This document shows positions 40,473 to 53,809 of a DNA stretch of 64,000 nucleotides, piece after piece. The stretch lies in the NCBI RefSeq assembly GCF_006345805.1, contig NC_042997.1, forward strand, positions 115,444,001 to 115,508,000, given 5' to 3'. Source of the DNA: Octopus sinensis (taxonomy: Eukaryota). A program made the translations under genes and the position numbers. How positions within the stretch are numbered: position 1 is the first letter of the stretch; every line of letters starts with the position of its first letter. The notes under the pieces are model-generated. The model made no database searches and was not told where the DNA came from. It was given only the letters and a program-made list of their open reading frames with translations.

Positions 40473-40519
40473 AAGACAACGACGACGATAGAGATATGAA
40501 AATGATGCTCTGGCTTATG

Positions 40520-41660
40520 AAAGAACCAGAACGAAGAACGGTGCAACTGATTAAGAAGTGAGTTAATTTATGTGAGATGACGTTCGGTCTGCGGAGTACC
40601 ACCGATACGTTTTTCCCGTTGAGACAACTAGAGAAGATTTTTTTTTAGCTAAGTGCAAGCCACCATTTGTTGATACAGTGAATGCTTTTGATAAGGTATT
40701 ACACAATGTAGTCTAGTGATCGCTGCGTAAACTAGTAGTAGTTGAATGACTAATGAGATCCTTGAAAGTCGTGTACAAAGATAATGTCAGGAAAGGGGTT
40801 GTTGGTTTATGAGTTCAGTGAAGAATTTAACATGCAACGAGGAATTTAGCATGAGGGTTTGGTCTCAGCATTCCACTCACTCTTCCAGGCCATAAAAACG
40901 GTGTTTAAAACTGACTGTCTGTGGGAACTTCTGCATATTGGTAACCTAGTTCTCATCGCTATAAGGCAAGAACCTCAAATGTAGAAGCAAAACGCAGAAT
41001 CGGGAGGTCTCAAAGTAAACTTAGCAATAACAAAAGTTTCAGTTAGCCAGAAAAGACAGCAGGAATTTACAACCATTTTTAATGAGTGGTCATACATTGT
41101 ATGTAGATGAAATATAGTTACGAACACGATGAACTAAGGTGAATTGAGGTTGAACTGAAGGTGTGTTGGGATGAAGACCAAAAAAGTCTGATAGAGAAGG
41201 TAGACTTCACCTCAAGCAGATGATAAGGAATACGTTGCAATCAGCAAGAAATGGATTCTTTCAGCAAGAAAAGACTAGGTTGGATGATTCTTGGAAACGA
41301 AGGAAGACTTTGCTTAGTTGAAATATTTTGGTACTGAATGCGAAGAATGTGAAAAGACAGGAAAGAAAGAGGTGTGCATACACCACTGGATTTTTCCATG
41401 GTGTACATAAAGGAAAATGTACAGATGAACTGAAAGGAAAACAGAAATGTTATGTAGTGCACGAGAGAGAAGACTGCTCTGGAATGAGTATATGACGTAT
41501 ATCGAAGATGATAGTTGGGTAAAGTGGTGGCAAACGACCAAAAGAGGAAATATTTTGTGAAAGAAGAAGACCGTGGAAGATATGAGAAGCAGTGTAGACG
41601 GATCTGATAATGCTAAAACTCACAAAGGAAATGACAAGAAACAGTAAGAAAGTGGACTGC
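40520..41660 (+). mobile_element. Heavily decayed RTE-type LINE (RT plus C-terminus)
   Basis: Remnant motifs STTDTF..LRQLE, AFDKV, WELL..GNLVLIA, GLKVNLA.TKV, and later ERRLLW..DDSWVK. Confidence 0.55.
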
Positions 41661-41838
41661 CAACAGTATAAACTAGAGGTTACTTAATATGAGTTGGGCG
41701 GTCTCTGAAGATTTGACAATACAATTTGTCGAGATGGTCTCATATTTTTCTCATTAATCAAATGTAAGAGACGCAACTAAATAATTTATGAAGACACTCT
41801 TTTGTTTTGTTTTGCTTTACATATAAACATACATACAA

Positions 41839-41893
<55 letters not shown>

Positions 41894-43182
41894 CGAGGGA
41901 CGTTCAATAAGTAATGCCTCTGACCCATTTGCACTTGTTTGATCTAGCTGAAATTTTGCTTGTGCAATTATTTATGTCTCTATAGATTAAGTGGCAAATT
42001 ACAGCTCTGAACTAATTGTGGTTTCTGATTTACAGGTGTTTGAATTGAGTCAAGTGTGAAATGGAGCCTGTTGAGTGTCGAGCAGTGATCCGGTTTTTGT
42101 ATTTGAAAGGACGCACACCATGGGAGACCTTTGATGAAATGAAAGTAACTTATGGAGATGATGCCCCATCATATGACCTTGTAAAACGCTGGCATCATGA
42201 ATTCAAACATGGTCGGAACTCTGTGGAAACAGCTCCCAGATCTGGTCGTACCCCTTCTACCATTGATGAAGCATCTGTCCGTCAAGTTGAGGCTGCCATT
42301 TTGGAAGATCGACGCATAACTATTCGCCAAATAGCCCATGAGGTCAAGATTAGTACCGGGTCTGTGGAAACTATCATTTATGACCATTTGCATATGCAAA
42401 AGGTGTCTGCCAGATGGATTCCCTGGTTGCTCACACCTTTCCAGAAGCAAGAACGCGTCGAGTGCTCGAGGATGAATTTGGAGATGTGCCACGAAGATGA
42501 GTCAAATTTTTCAAAAGACTGATTACACAGGATGAAACCTGGGTCCATCACTATGATCCAGAGACCAAAGCCCATTCAATGCAGTGGAAGCACCGTGACT
42601 CACCTCCTCCAAAGAAGGCAAGGGTGCAGCCCTCCGCTGGCAAGGTCATGCTCACAGTCTTCTGGGACCAGGACGGAGTAGTGATGACAGATTTCCTGGC
42701 AAAGGGTACCAGAATTACAGGAGCCTATTATGCTTCACTTTTGAGGAAATTAAGAGAAGCTATCAAAATCAAGAGGCGGGGCAAGATCAGCAAAGGCATC
42801 CTCCTCCTGCAGGACAACGCTCCGGTCCACAACTCGCGTGTCGCCAGGTCAGAAGCACAGGCGTGCGGCTATGAACTCCTCCCCATCCCCTACTCTCCTG
42901 ACCTTGCACCCTCTAATGTTCACCTCTTCCCAGCCATGAAGTTGTTTTTGAAAGGAAAGCGTTTCCCAGATGATGCAGTCTTGATTTCTGAAGTCATGTC
43001 GTGGTTGGAGGACCAAGCTGGGGTCTTCTACAAAAACGGTCTCCAGAGCTGCATCAAACGATGGGAGAAATACATAAGTCTGGGTGGTTCCTATGTAGAA
43101 AAAGACTAATAACTGTGTCAAGTTCCGTTGCTCTACTGCTATGGGAAGTGGGTCAGGGGCATTACTTATTGAACGCCCCTCG
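41894..43182 (+). mobile_element. Full-length (1289 bp) mariner transposon with TA target duplication
   Basis: 34-bp TIRs CGAGGGACGTTCAATAAGTAATGCCTCTGACCCA and its reverse complement (2 mismatches); TA both sides, within (TA)n. Confidence 0.95.
42061..43109 (+). pseudogene. Mariner transposase (one frameshift near 42510; third catalytic residue reads Asn)
   Basis: [54 protein letters not shown]. Confidence 0.9.
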
Positions 43183-43327
43183 TATATATATATATATATA
43201 TATATAGTATGTATGTATGTATGTATGTATGTATGTATGTATGTATGTATGTATGTATGTATGTGTGTGTGTGTATGTATGTATGCATGTATGTATGTAT
43301 GTATGTATGTATGTATGTATGTATGTA

Positions 43328-43412
<85 letters not shown>

Positions 43413-43429
43413 CAGAAATAAGAAACGTT

Positions 43430-43805
43430 TGCACACCAGGCGAAATGCTTAGCGGTATTTCGTCTGCCGCTACGTTCTGAGTTCAAATTCCGCCGATGTC
43501 GACTTTGCCTTTCATCCTTTCGGGGTCGATTAAATAAGTAACAGTTACGTACTGGGGTCGATGTAATCGACTTAATCCGTTTGTCTGTCCTTGTTTGTCC
43601 TCTCTGTGTTTAGCCCCTTGTGGGTAGTAAAGAAATAGGTATTTCGCCTGTTTTTACATTCTGAGTTCAAATTCCATCGGGTCAACTTTGCCTTTCATCC
43701 TTTCGAGGTCGATAAATTAAGCACCAGTTGTATACTGGGATCAATCTAATCGACTGGCCCCTTCCCCAAACATTTCGGGTCTTGTGCCTAAAGTAGAAAA
43801 GAATT
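43430..43805 (+). mobile_element. Tandem SINE family A copies
   Basis: Core motif repeated at ~43500 and ~43685. Confidence 0.85.
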
Positions 43806-43899
43806 TATACTTGATTGTTTCCTTCTCGAAGCTATGTTTCTTAGTCACGGGAAGGGAAAAAGACAACAGTCACTAATGACTTTTTTTAGGGTCTCCTCC

Positions 43900-44190
43900 A
43901 GTATTCACCCTAATCTGCAAGCGCTGTCTGTGTGGGTTGGGATATATCGCAAGACACCCGATGAATAGACACGCCAACTAAGTTTTTAACTGGCACCCTC
44001 AAGTGGCAACGGAGCAGGGCATGTCCCAAGACGAACCGGCATCAAATGGTCGATAGGGACCTCCAGCTGGTAAAACTACGACGAAATGATGCACTGGGGG
44101 GTCGTTGCTGACCGGCTCTTCTGGAGTACTTTAACAGCCTCGTGTGTCACACGGCGTGGGAGCATTTAAGTCTGAGTAAATCCAAACAGC
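43900..44190 (+). mobile_element. RTE-clade LINE 3' end
   Basis: G.IARHPMNRHAN.VFNWHP..NWHQMVDRDLQLVKL..ASCVTRRGSI* followed by a TAAGTC-like tail. Confidence 0.6.
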
Positions 44191-44349
44191 ATCAATGAAC
44201 CTTTGTAAGGGTCTCCTACATAGTAACCATGACAGATTTTAGGAGCCTCTCACACAAATAAACTGAGAGAGAAACAAAAACTATACTCCATAGATTAACC
44301 GAAAACTGGTGACATTTTTCAAATACAAAGTGCGACAATTTTATCTTTT

Positions 44350-44705
44350 ATTTGTTGCATTTATTAAACTGTGGCCATGCTGGGGCACTGCCTTGAAGAA
44401 TTTTTAGTCTGTACTTATTTTTCTTTAAGCCTTGTACTTATTCTATCGGTCATTTTTGACTAACCGTTGATTTACGGGGACACATCAACACCAGTTGCCA
44501 AACGATAGTGGGGGACAAACTCAAATAAAACACACACACACACACAACACACACACACACACACACACACACTCATACACAAAGGGCTTCCTTCAGTTTT
44601 TGTCTACCAAATCCACACAAACGACTTGAGGCTATAGTAACAGACACTTGTCCAAGGTTCCACGTTGTGGGACTGAACCTGGAACCCTGTGGTTGGAAAG
44701 CACAC
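44350..44705 (-). mobile_element. SINE family B
   Basis: Reverse complement of family B with internal (CA)n. Confidence 0.75.
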
Positions 44706-44976
44706 TTCTTTCTGTGGGATCGGTGCATTTACTGTTGAAACGTTTAAGAATTATGGTGAATCCAGGAGGATATTATCTTGCTTTTTTTTTGCTGTTGCTG
44801 CATCCTGTGCTTGCTAAATGCGAATGTAGCATTTTGGCTCATAACATTTTTGGCGGCGCCTGTTTGGAGTTGCTGAGTTGTCATTATCATCATTAACATC
44901 ATCGTCAATGTCATCGTCGTGGACGTGGTCGACACCATCCTCCTCCTCCTCCTCCTCCTCCTCCTCCTCCTCCTCC

Positions 44977-45010
<34 letters not shown>

Positions 45011-45489
45011 CACCACAACCACCACCATTATCACCACCGTTATCACCACCACCATCATCATCATCATCGCCACCACCACCACCACCACCACCACCACCAC
45101 CACCACCACCGCTACCGCTGCACCTCCACCTTCATCACCATCATCATCATCCTCATCCCCACCACCACCAACCACCACCACCGCCACCATCACCCCCCAC
45201 CACCATCATCATTATGACCGTTAGTTAACAATCTAATTATTTTTTTGTAATATGCTCACTGCCTATTTGCGACATCGGTGTCTGAATAAATATTGATATT
45301 CTCTATATCATTGACGAGATATTCAGCTGTTATGTCACTAACGAGCCCAGAATAAGTTGGACTTACGTGATCTGGCCGTAGCCGACGATTCTCGTCTGTC
45401 AACAGTATAAATACGGGTGCTTATATGCACGACGAATCCTTATGAGAGATTCTCTCGGAGTAAATAATGCAGTATTCCGTGTTCTAACA

Positions 45490-45760
45490 CAGTGGTTCCC
45501 AAACTGGGTAGTACTGCACCTTTGGGGGCGGTAGAAAGATCCAGTGGGATGATAAAGGGGTGGCCGAAATGGGGTGAAAGTTGTAAGAAAAATCACATTA
45601 ATAGTTTAACTAGGTTTGAGTTCTATATGTGAAATACAGTTGGTTTGAATTTCCTGCAGAAAGTGGTTTATATTTGTGGTGGGGAGGGGGGAGGAGGGGC
45701 GCTAGGAATTTGGCCCGGGTGCCAAGGGGGCGGCAGCTTGGAAAAGTTTGGGAACTACTG
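45490..45760. mobile_element. hAT (Charlie-like) MITE
   Basis: TIRs CAGTGGTTCCCAAAC / GTTTGGGAACTACTG (14/15); flanks TTCTAACA / TTCTAGTA (6/8). Confidence 0.8.
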
Positions 45761-45912
45761 TTCTAGTACAATATCCACGTTAAGTTGGAGATCGAGATTA
45801 CTGTTTGATATTAATACTGCTTCTGTCGCTGTTAATTCTGTATTTTAGTTTTGGCGAAATATATAAACCTTAACATTTTTCAGGAATAAGCAAGTGGTCA
45901 GGTGAGAGATAG

Positions 45913-45974
<62 letters not shown>

Positions 45975-46369
45975 AGAGGAAGACAGAGAAAGAGAAAGGG
46001 AGGGAGGGAGAAACGGAGAGAAAGAGAGAGGGATAGAGGAGAGAGAGAAAGAGGAAGAGAGAGAGAAACATGGGAGAGGAAGACAGAGAAAGAGAGAGTA
46101 AGACAGAAATAGAGGGGAAGAAACAAAGAAAAGGATAGAGGGATAAAAGAGAGAGATGGGGAGAGGAAGACAAAGAAAGCGAGAGGAAGACCGAGAGAGA
46201 GAGAGAGAGAGAAGAAACGGAGAGAAAGAGAGAGGCATAGAGGAGAGAGAGAAAGAGAGAGAGAGGAAAAGGGAGAGAGAGAGGAAGAGAGAGATAGAGA
46301 GAGAGAGACTCAAGTGAAGTAAATTTGTCTATTTTGTGTTGGTCACTGATTTAACAAAAAAATAACAAT

Positions 46370-46613
46370 TCCAAGAACAACAACAACAACAACAATGGTA
46401 ACACTAGCAATAACAACGACAATAGCAGCAGCAGTAGCAGCAGCAGCAGCAACGGTATCGATGATAATACCAACAACGACAATGGCAACAACAGCAATAA
46501 TAACTACATTGACCACCACCACCACTACCACCACCACCATCATAACACCAGCAACAACAACAGCACCAACAATAGCAATGAGAACAATAGTAGCAACAAC
46601 GGAAATAGTTATG

Positions 46614-46647
<34 letters not shown>

Positions 46648-46717
46648 TAATAATAATAATAATAATGACAATAATAATGATGATGATGATAATAATAATA
46701 ATAATAATAATATGATG

Positions 46718-46750
<33 letters not shown>

Positions 46751-46908
46751 GTAATAATAATAATAATAATAATGATGATGATGATGATGATAATATATAA
46801 TATAATAATAATGATGATGATAATAATAATAATAATAATAATAGTAATATAATAATAATATAATATAATAATAATAATAATAATGATAATAATAATAATA
46901 TGATGATA

Positions 46909-46941
<33 letters not shown>

Positions 46942-46962
46942 TATAATAATAATAATGATATA

Positions 46963-46994
<32 letters not shown>

Positions 46995-48350
46995 TATAAT
47001 AATAATAAGAAGAAGAAGAAGAAGAAAAAGATGACGATGATGACCAACAACAACCACAACAGCAACAATAGCAACGGGAACAATAGTAGCAACAACGGTA
47101 ATAATAAAAACAATAATAATAGTAGTAACAACAACAACAACAACAATAATAATAATAATAATAATAACGAAAACAAGAACAAGAACAACAACTACGACAC
47201 CATAAACAAAGACTTAACAATTCCATAAAAAGAAACAGATAAAAAAAAAGACAAAAACAAAACAAAAGAAACGAGCTGTGTTTAAGTGTTTCTTTGACAG
47301 CTTTTTCGTCCGCAGATCCATTTCTGCTCCATTTGCAGCTTTCTCTGTTGTTGTTGTTGTTGTTGTTGTTGATGCATTTTTGGCTTTCAAGAGATGAAGA
47401 TATTGAAAATAATTTTATGCAAATGTGTTTCCATTGAAATTTCCTCTTTGCAACAACAACAACAACAGCAACAAACAATAACAACAACAACAACAACATC
47501 AACAGCCACTGTACAAACACAAACATAGAAAAAAAAACAAGGCGCTTCTTAAGCGAAAACAATGGCTGTGAATGTAGTTGTAGTAATAGTAGTAGTAGCA
47601 GCAGTAGTAGTGGTGGTGGTGGTGGTGGTGATGGTAGTAGTAGTAGTGGTGGTAGTAGAATTGTTGTTGTTGGTGGTGGTTGTAGTAGTAGTGGTGGTAA
47701 TGGTGGTGATGGTAGTAGTAGTGGTGGTGGTAGTAGTGGTGGTGGTGGTGGTAGTAGTAGTGGTGGTAGTAGTAGTAGTGGTAGTGGTGGTTGTTGTGGT
47801 GATGGTAGTAGTAGTGGTTGTGATGGTAGTAGTGTTGTTGTTGGTGGTGGCAGCGTTGTTGTTGGTGGTGGTGGTAGCGTTGTTGTTGTTGGTGGTGGTG
47901 GTGGTAGTAGTAATACTGGTGGTGGCGGTGGTAGTAGTAGTAGTATTATTGTTGTTGTTGTTGTAGTAGTAGTTGTAGTAGTGTTGGTGGTGTTGGTGGA
48001 GATGGAGGTGGTGGTGGTAGTGGTAGTAGCAGTAGTGTTGATGTTAGTTGTAATATTAGTATTAGTAGTTAGCAGCCGCAGTAGAGGTAGTAATGGTGGT
48101 AGTGGTAGGTGTAGTAATAGTAGTTGTAGTATTGGTGGTGATAGTAGTAGTAGTAGTAGTAGCAGCAGTGGTAGCAGTAGTAGTAGTAGTAGTAGTAGTA
48201 GTAATAGTAGTAGCAGCAGTAGTAGTAGTAATAGTAGTAGCAGCAGTAGTAGTAGTAGCAGCAGAAGCAGTAGTAGCAGTAGTAGTAGTAGCAGCAGTGG
48301 TAGCAGCAGCAGCAGCAGCAGCACAGTAGTAGTAGTAGTAGTAGTAAGTA
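46370..48350. repeat. About 2 kb of compound trinucleotide arrays that switch strand polarity around a unique island
   Basis: AAC/AGC/AAT/GAT to ~47200, then GTA/GTG/GTT from ~47570. Confidence 0.9.
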
Positions 48351-48519
48351 GCTGTAACAGAAAGCAGCTTCGACAATAACGACGACAGCAATGACAGGAA
48401 CAACAATTTCTGAAAACAACAACCCCCGAAGAAATCTGTTGAATATACTTTTATGTTCCCTCCTAACCTGCTAGAAATAAATGTCAAATGTCCCTCAAGC
48501 CACCCAATACTGTCTTATA

Positions 48520-48722
48520 TAAGGACAGGACACGTTATTTTGGGGGAGGGGTCCAGTCGATTAGATCGACCCCAGTATGCAACTGGTACTTATTTTATCG
48601 ATCCCGAAATGATGAAAGGCAAAGTTGACCTCGGCGGAATTTGAACTCAGAACCTTAAAGACAGACGAAATGCGACTAAGCATTTCGCCCGGCGTGCTAA
48701 CGTTTCTGCCAGCTCGCCGCCT
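48520..48722 (-). mobile_element. SINE family A
   Basis: Reverse complement of the family A head and core. Confidence 0.85.
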
Positions 48723-49267
48723 TAGGACACATTAAACAATGTCATCTTACATATACCTAATAAATGAGATGGTCACGGTCGGAATGCGCTTCATCACAGT
48801 ATGTTCGATCAGAATTGTCCTGGGGCTAAACAGTGATAGCGAATAGAAGCTAAAAATAGCAGCCAAATTTCCCTCAATTCAAACTTACGGAAGGACACGT
48901 TGGATAGTATATGCGGTCCTGGGTACGTTGTCTGATGATAGATAGGATGGTCATGGTTGGAACGGATCTGGGAGTAAACAACAACAGTTGCAACAAATAC
49001 GAAGCCGATTTCGATTTTAAACCACAGCAAATAAGATGGGAAATGACAATTGCAGCAGAAAACTGAACTGTTGCACGAGCAGCAACAATTGCAACATGTG
49101 CAATAATAAGTGCAGAAGGTGCACAACCAATTACAGCAGCAATAGCTGCAACAAGAAACTGCCGGTGCAACTGCAACGACGATGCAGTACTTGTAACAAC
49201 ACTTGCAACAACAACAGCAGCAAGAACAATTGCAGCAGATGCTATGCTATTGCAACAACAACAATAG

Positions 49268-49460
49268 TAGAGGCGCAATGGCACAGTGGTTAGGGCAGCG
49301 GACTCGCGGTCGTAAGAACGCGGCTCGATTCCCAGACCGGGCATTGTGAGTGTTTATTGAGCAAAAACACCCAAGCTCCACGAGGCTCTGGTGGGGGAGG
49401 GTGGTGAACCTTGCTGTACTCTATCATCACAATTTTCTCTCACTCTTTCTTCCTACTTCT
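49268..49460 (+). mobile_element. tRNA-derived SINE family C
   Basis: Homologous to 38920-39085. Confidence 0.8.
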
Positions 49461-49744
49461 GCCACAAAGCAGAGGAACCATGGTGTAACCAACTATGGTG
49501 TGGTAAACTTCCAGACTCTAGTCTAGATTGCGAATCCTCTGTACCCCAGGATGGTTCAGCTCTCCACCCGTTAAAAGGCACCGTTTACGGAATGAGGATA
49601 ACAACGTAGCTTTCGCGCCCGTGCAACCGCTAGTCTATCGCATGTGGTGGGTGGATCTTCAAGTTGCCACACACATTCTTAGTAGCTTAGAGTAGGCTCG
49701 AATGAGAGATTATTCTTTGTGGTTAATGGCATCAGTCCTGATTG

Positions 49745-50071
49745 GAAGAAGAAGAAGAAGAAGAAGAAGAAGAAGAAGAAGAAGAAGAAGAAGAAGAAGA
49801 AGAAGAAATGGAAGAAGAAGAAGAAATGGAAGAAGAAGAAAAAGAAGAGGAAGAAAAAGAAGAAGAAGAAGAAGAATGGAAGAAGAAAAGGAAGAGGAAG
49901 AAAAAGAAGAAGAGGAGGAGGAGGAAGAAGAAGAAGAAGAAGAAGAGAAGGAAGAAGAAGAAGAGGAAGAAGAAGAAAAAGAAGAAGAAGAAGAAATGGA
50001 AGAAGAAGAAAAAGAAGAGGAAGAAAAAGAAGAAGAGGAGGAAGAAGAAGAAGAAGAAGAGGAAGAAGAAC

Positions 50072-50108
<37 letters not shown>

Positions 50109-50260
50109 GGAAAAGAAGAAGAAATGGAAGAAGAAGAAAAAGAAGAGGAAAAAGAAGAAGAAGTGGAAGAAGAAGAAGGAAATGAAGAAGAAGAAGAAGA
50201 AGAAGAAGAAAGAAGAAGAAGAAGAAGAAGAAGAAGAAGGAAACAACAACAATAACAACA
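49745..50260. repeat. Polypurine (GAA)n-derived array with recurring GAAATGGAAG units
   Basis: Direct reading. Confidence 0.9.
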
Positions 50261-50356
50261 GCAACTGCAACGGAAGCTGCAGCGATCAAATGTCGCCTTT
50301 GCAGCACAATGACTTTTTAAACATCAAAGACTGCAGCAACAACTACGACTGTATCC

Positions 50357-50790
50357 AATGATTCTCAACTGGGGTCTATATGGCCCCTGAGGGTCCAAAT
50401 AAGATTTTGTGGGTGGGTAGTTCACACAATAAAATAGAAATTTGGGGATCCACCGGGCGAAATGCTTAGTGGTATTTCGTCCGTCGCTACATTCTGAGTT
50501 CAAATTCCTTTCGGGATCGATTAAATAAGTACCAGTTACGCACTGGGGTCGATATAATCGACTTAATCCGTTTCTCTGTCCTTGTTTGTCCTCTCTGTGT
50601 TTAGCCCCTTGTGGGTAGTAAAGAAATAGGTATTTCGTCCGTCGCTACATTCTGAGTTCAAATTCCCTCGAGGTCAACTCTGCTTTTTATCCTTTCGGGG
50701 GTCGACAAATTAAGTACCTGCCGAGTACAGAGGTTGATGCTATCGACTGTCCCCTTCCACACAAAATCCAAACGTGTGCCTGCCTATTGG
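50357..50790 (+). mobile_element. hAT MITE end fragment (50357-50452) joined to tandem SINE family A copies
   Basis: 50357-50452 aligns to the reverse complement of ~9180-9274; SINE A cores at ~50500 and ~50680. Confidence 0.7.
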
Positions 50791-51615
50791 AGAAATGATT
50801 ATTTCTTTTCTATTTGCCGTAAATAACAATTTGAAGTTAAACCGGAAGACAGATTCCACTTGGCGAATACTTTGAACTTCCGGTTTTAAAACTACGGTTT
50901 TATCCCAAACGACTTCCTGTCAGAGTCTAATTCTTAAGAAGTAAAATCTTGTATTATAACAGTTGGGACAAAAACCGATATTATAGCCATCGAAGTTGAA
51001 GTCCTTTTTTCCTTTTTTTCTTCTTAAAGCAATTGGAACCGAAAGTTATTGGTTTCAAATTGTAGTCAGATTTAGTTTGTTCATATGGAACTTGTTTTTC
51101 TTTCTCCTTATTCGAAGTGGAGGCCACTAAAGGAAGTGGTTGAAAGACATGCATCCATTCATAATGATGCCAATGACTCGTAACTGGAGCTCTTTCGGTG
51201 ACAATTGCCTTTGTTTATTGAAGCCTTTCGCTGTTTTGGGGTATCAGACACAGTAGCACGTGAAAGTAGATCGATGGAGAGTTGACAGGTAGATAAATAG
51301 AGAGAGAAGGGGGAAAGATAAAGAGGGAAGAAAGGGAGAGAGAGAGAGAGATTTACAGATGTACATAAGTGTATGGACAAATAGATGATTAGACAGAGAT
51401 AGAGATAGGTAGAAAAGACGTTTAGATAGACAGACACAGAGATAGGCAGACAAATAAATAGATAGATTGATATATAGATTGATAGATAGATTAAAAGACA
51501 TACAGACAACTAGATAGATAGATAGATAGATAAATAGATAGAGAGAGAGAGAGAGCGCGCGCTAGAGAAAGGGAGGGGGAAAGAGACTGCTAGATATATT
51601 GACGGACAGACAGAC

Positions 51616-51671
<56 letters not shown>

Positions 51672-51725
51672 TGAGAAATGGATAGATGGATATATATATA
51701 TATATACAGAGAGAGAGAGAGAGAG

Positions 51726-51756
<31 letters not shown>

Positions 51757-51856
51757 AAGAGCGCTAGATAACAGACGAACAGACAGACAATTAGATAGAA
51801 AGATAGATAAATAGATAAATAGATAGATAAATAGATAGATTGATAGATAGATAGAC

Positions 51857-51898
<42 letters not shown>

Positions 51899-52520
51899 TT
51901 AGCTACATAGGCAGACAGACAGATAGACAGAGAGAAAGGATAGATAGCTAAATAAACAGATAGAAAGGCAGACAAACATAGATAAATGTATGGACAAACA
52001 GACAAAAGGACAGACAGACAGATAGACAGACAGACAGAGAGGCAGGCAGATAGATACAGCGATTGAGTCTGAGGATTAGAATAGAAAAAGAGAGAATTGG
52101 ATAAAAAAAAAACCCAAAAAAACCCCCCAAACAATTGGTAAAATAATGGTGAAATTACTAAAACATCGTTTATGTTTATTTCCTTATTATACACACGTGT
52201 ACGTGTGTGTGGATTCGCAAATAAGAATGAACGTGGAAAAGCATCTTTATTGCGTATTCTCTGCATCATACTTGAAAACATGAAGGATGAGGAAGAGGAC
52301 GGATCTTGTGGAGTTGATGAGTGAATTTGATAGAAAAACAAAAGGGCACACGTCACAAAAGTAGCTATTTCTTTCAGCCCGGCTCGAACACGCGCCAGTG
52401 AATTTAGAGCTGCATGTGAACGCGTGTGCCGTCTGAATGTATGCGTGTGACTTTGCACTTTGAGTATTTGAGTGAATACCGGCGTATTTTTGTTTGGAAA
52501 CGTGTAAATAAACGTCATCA

Positions 52521-52551
<31 letters not shown>

Positions 52552-52718
52552 GTGTGAGTGAGTGGTGGGTTTGGAGCGCGTTTGCATGGCTCATTTTAGA
52601 AGCCATGTTATGTGAGTTTGTTATATACTTTAAGTGACTCTGTATGCCTGTGTAAATCTCTAGTTGTCGGAGCTTGAACATGTACACGTGCGTGCGTAAA
52701 AGTGTGCCTGCGTGTGTT

Positions 52719-52756
<38 letters not shown>

Positions 52757-53809
52757 CACACACAGATATATATATATATATACATATACACACACATATA
52801 TATATGCGTCTGTGTGTATGTGTGTGTGGGTGTGTTTTAGTGTAAATGTGTCTTGTCTAACTTCCGTCACTATCATCATTATTATTATTATTTATTATTA
52901 TTATTATTATTGTTGTTATTGTTGTTGTTTTCGTTGTTGTTGCTGTTGTTGTAGGTCTTGTGTCTGTAGTTTTGAGAAAATCAGCTGTAACTCTCTGCTC
53001 ATCGCAATGTTTACAATATCAACAGACTGGCGTCTGTCCGTTCACGAACCGATAAGAAGGATTGCGGCTGATTAAAAGTGAAGAATATCTTCTTGTTGCT
53101 ATTGTTGTGTAGCCCAGGCCAGTCCTGACCGGGCAGACCTACGACCATAATAAGTCGATTACGTCAACCCTAGTACTCAACTGGTACTCATTTTATCGAC
53201 CTCGTAGGGATGAAAAGCAAAAGTGGAATTCGGCAGAATTTGAACTCAAGACGTAAAGACGGACGAAATGCCACCGCTAAGCATTTTGCTCAGTTTGCTA
53301 ATGGTTCTGCCAGCTCCCTACCGTGTACCTTGTAAAAATATTGCTTACTTAAAATGAAATTCTCAAATACCCATTGACCTTCTTTATCCGGTGCACGCGT
53401 TTCTGATCCTGTGTTTGTTAGTTACTGGTCGGCACGGACGTCAAAGAAAACACCCGTCAGATTATAACATAGTGTTCAGAATAAAATATACAATATTAGA
53501 CTGAATAAACATCATCAACAGCACGAATGGCCCACTCTGGGTCAGTCTGTCTGTTTGTCACTGTCAGTCACGAGTTTCATCTCTATATTCTGTGTTCAAA
53601 TTCCGACTTTGTTTCTCATCCTTTCAGGATCGATAAAATAAATATCAGTTTAGCACAAGGGTCGATGTGAGCGAGTAGCCCACTCCCCTAAAATTTCAGG
53701 CCTTCTGCCTATAATAGAAACAATTATTATTATTGAATTGTTGGAAAAAAATAACCCCTCCTCTTATCAGGCTACAACAAGTAACCTTAGATGCCAAGAA
53801 TCTTCCTGA

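Noticed and set aside
45328-45875. Possible solo LTR (TGTTA..TAACA with TATAAATA) interrupted by the hAT MITE
   Set aside because: No matching target-site duplication and no second copy in the window.
49480-49745. Unique segment running into (AAG)n, possibly a LINE 3' end
   Set aside because: No coding motif or second copy to support a family call.
52250-52480. Unique, relatively CpG-rich stretch with a short acidic frame (MKDEEEDGSCGVDE*)
   Set aside because: Too short, with no supported splice sites or homology.
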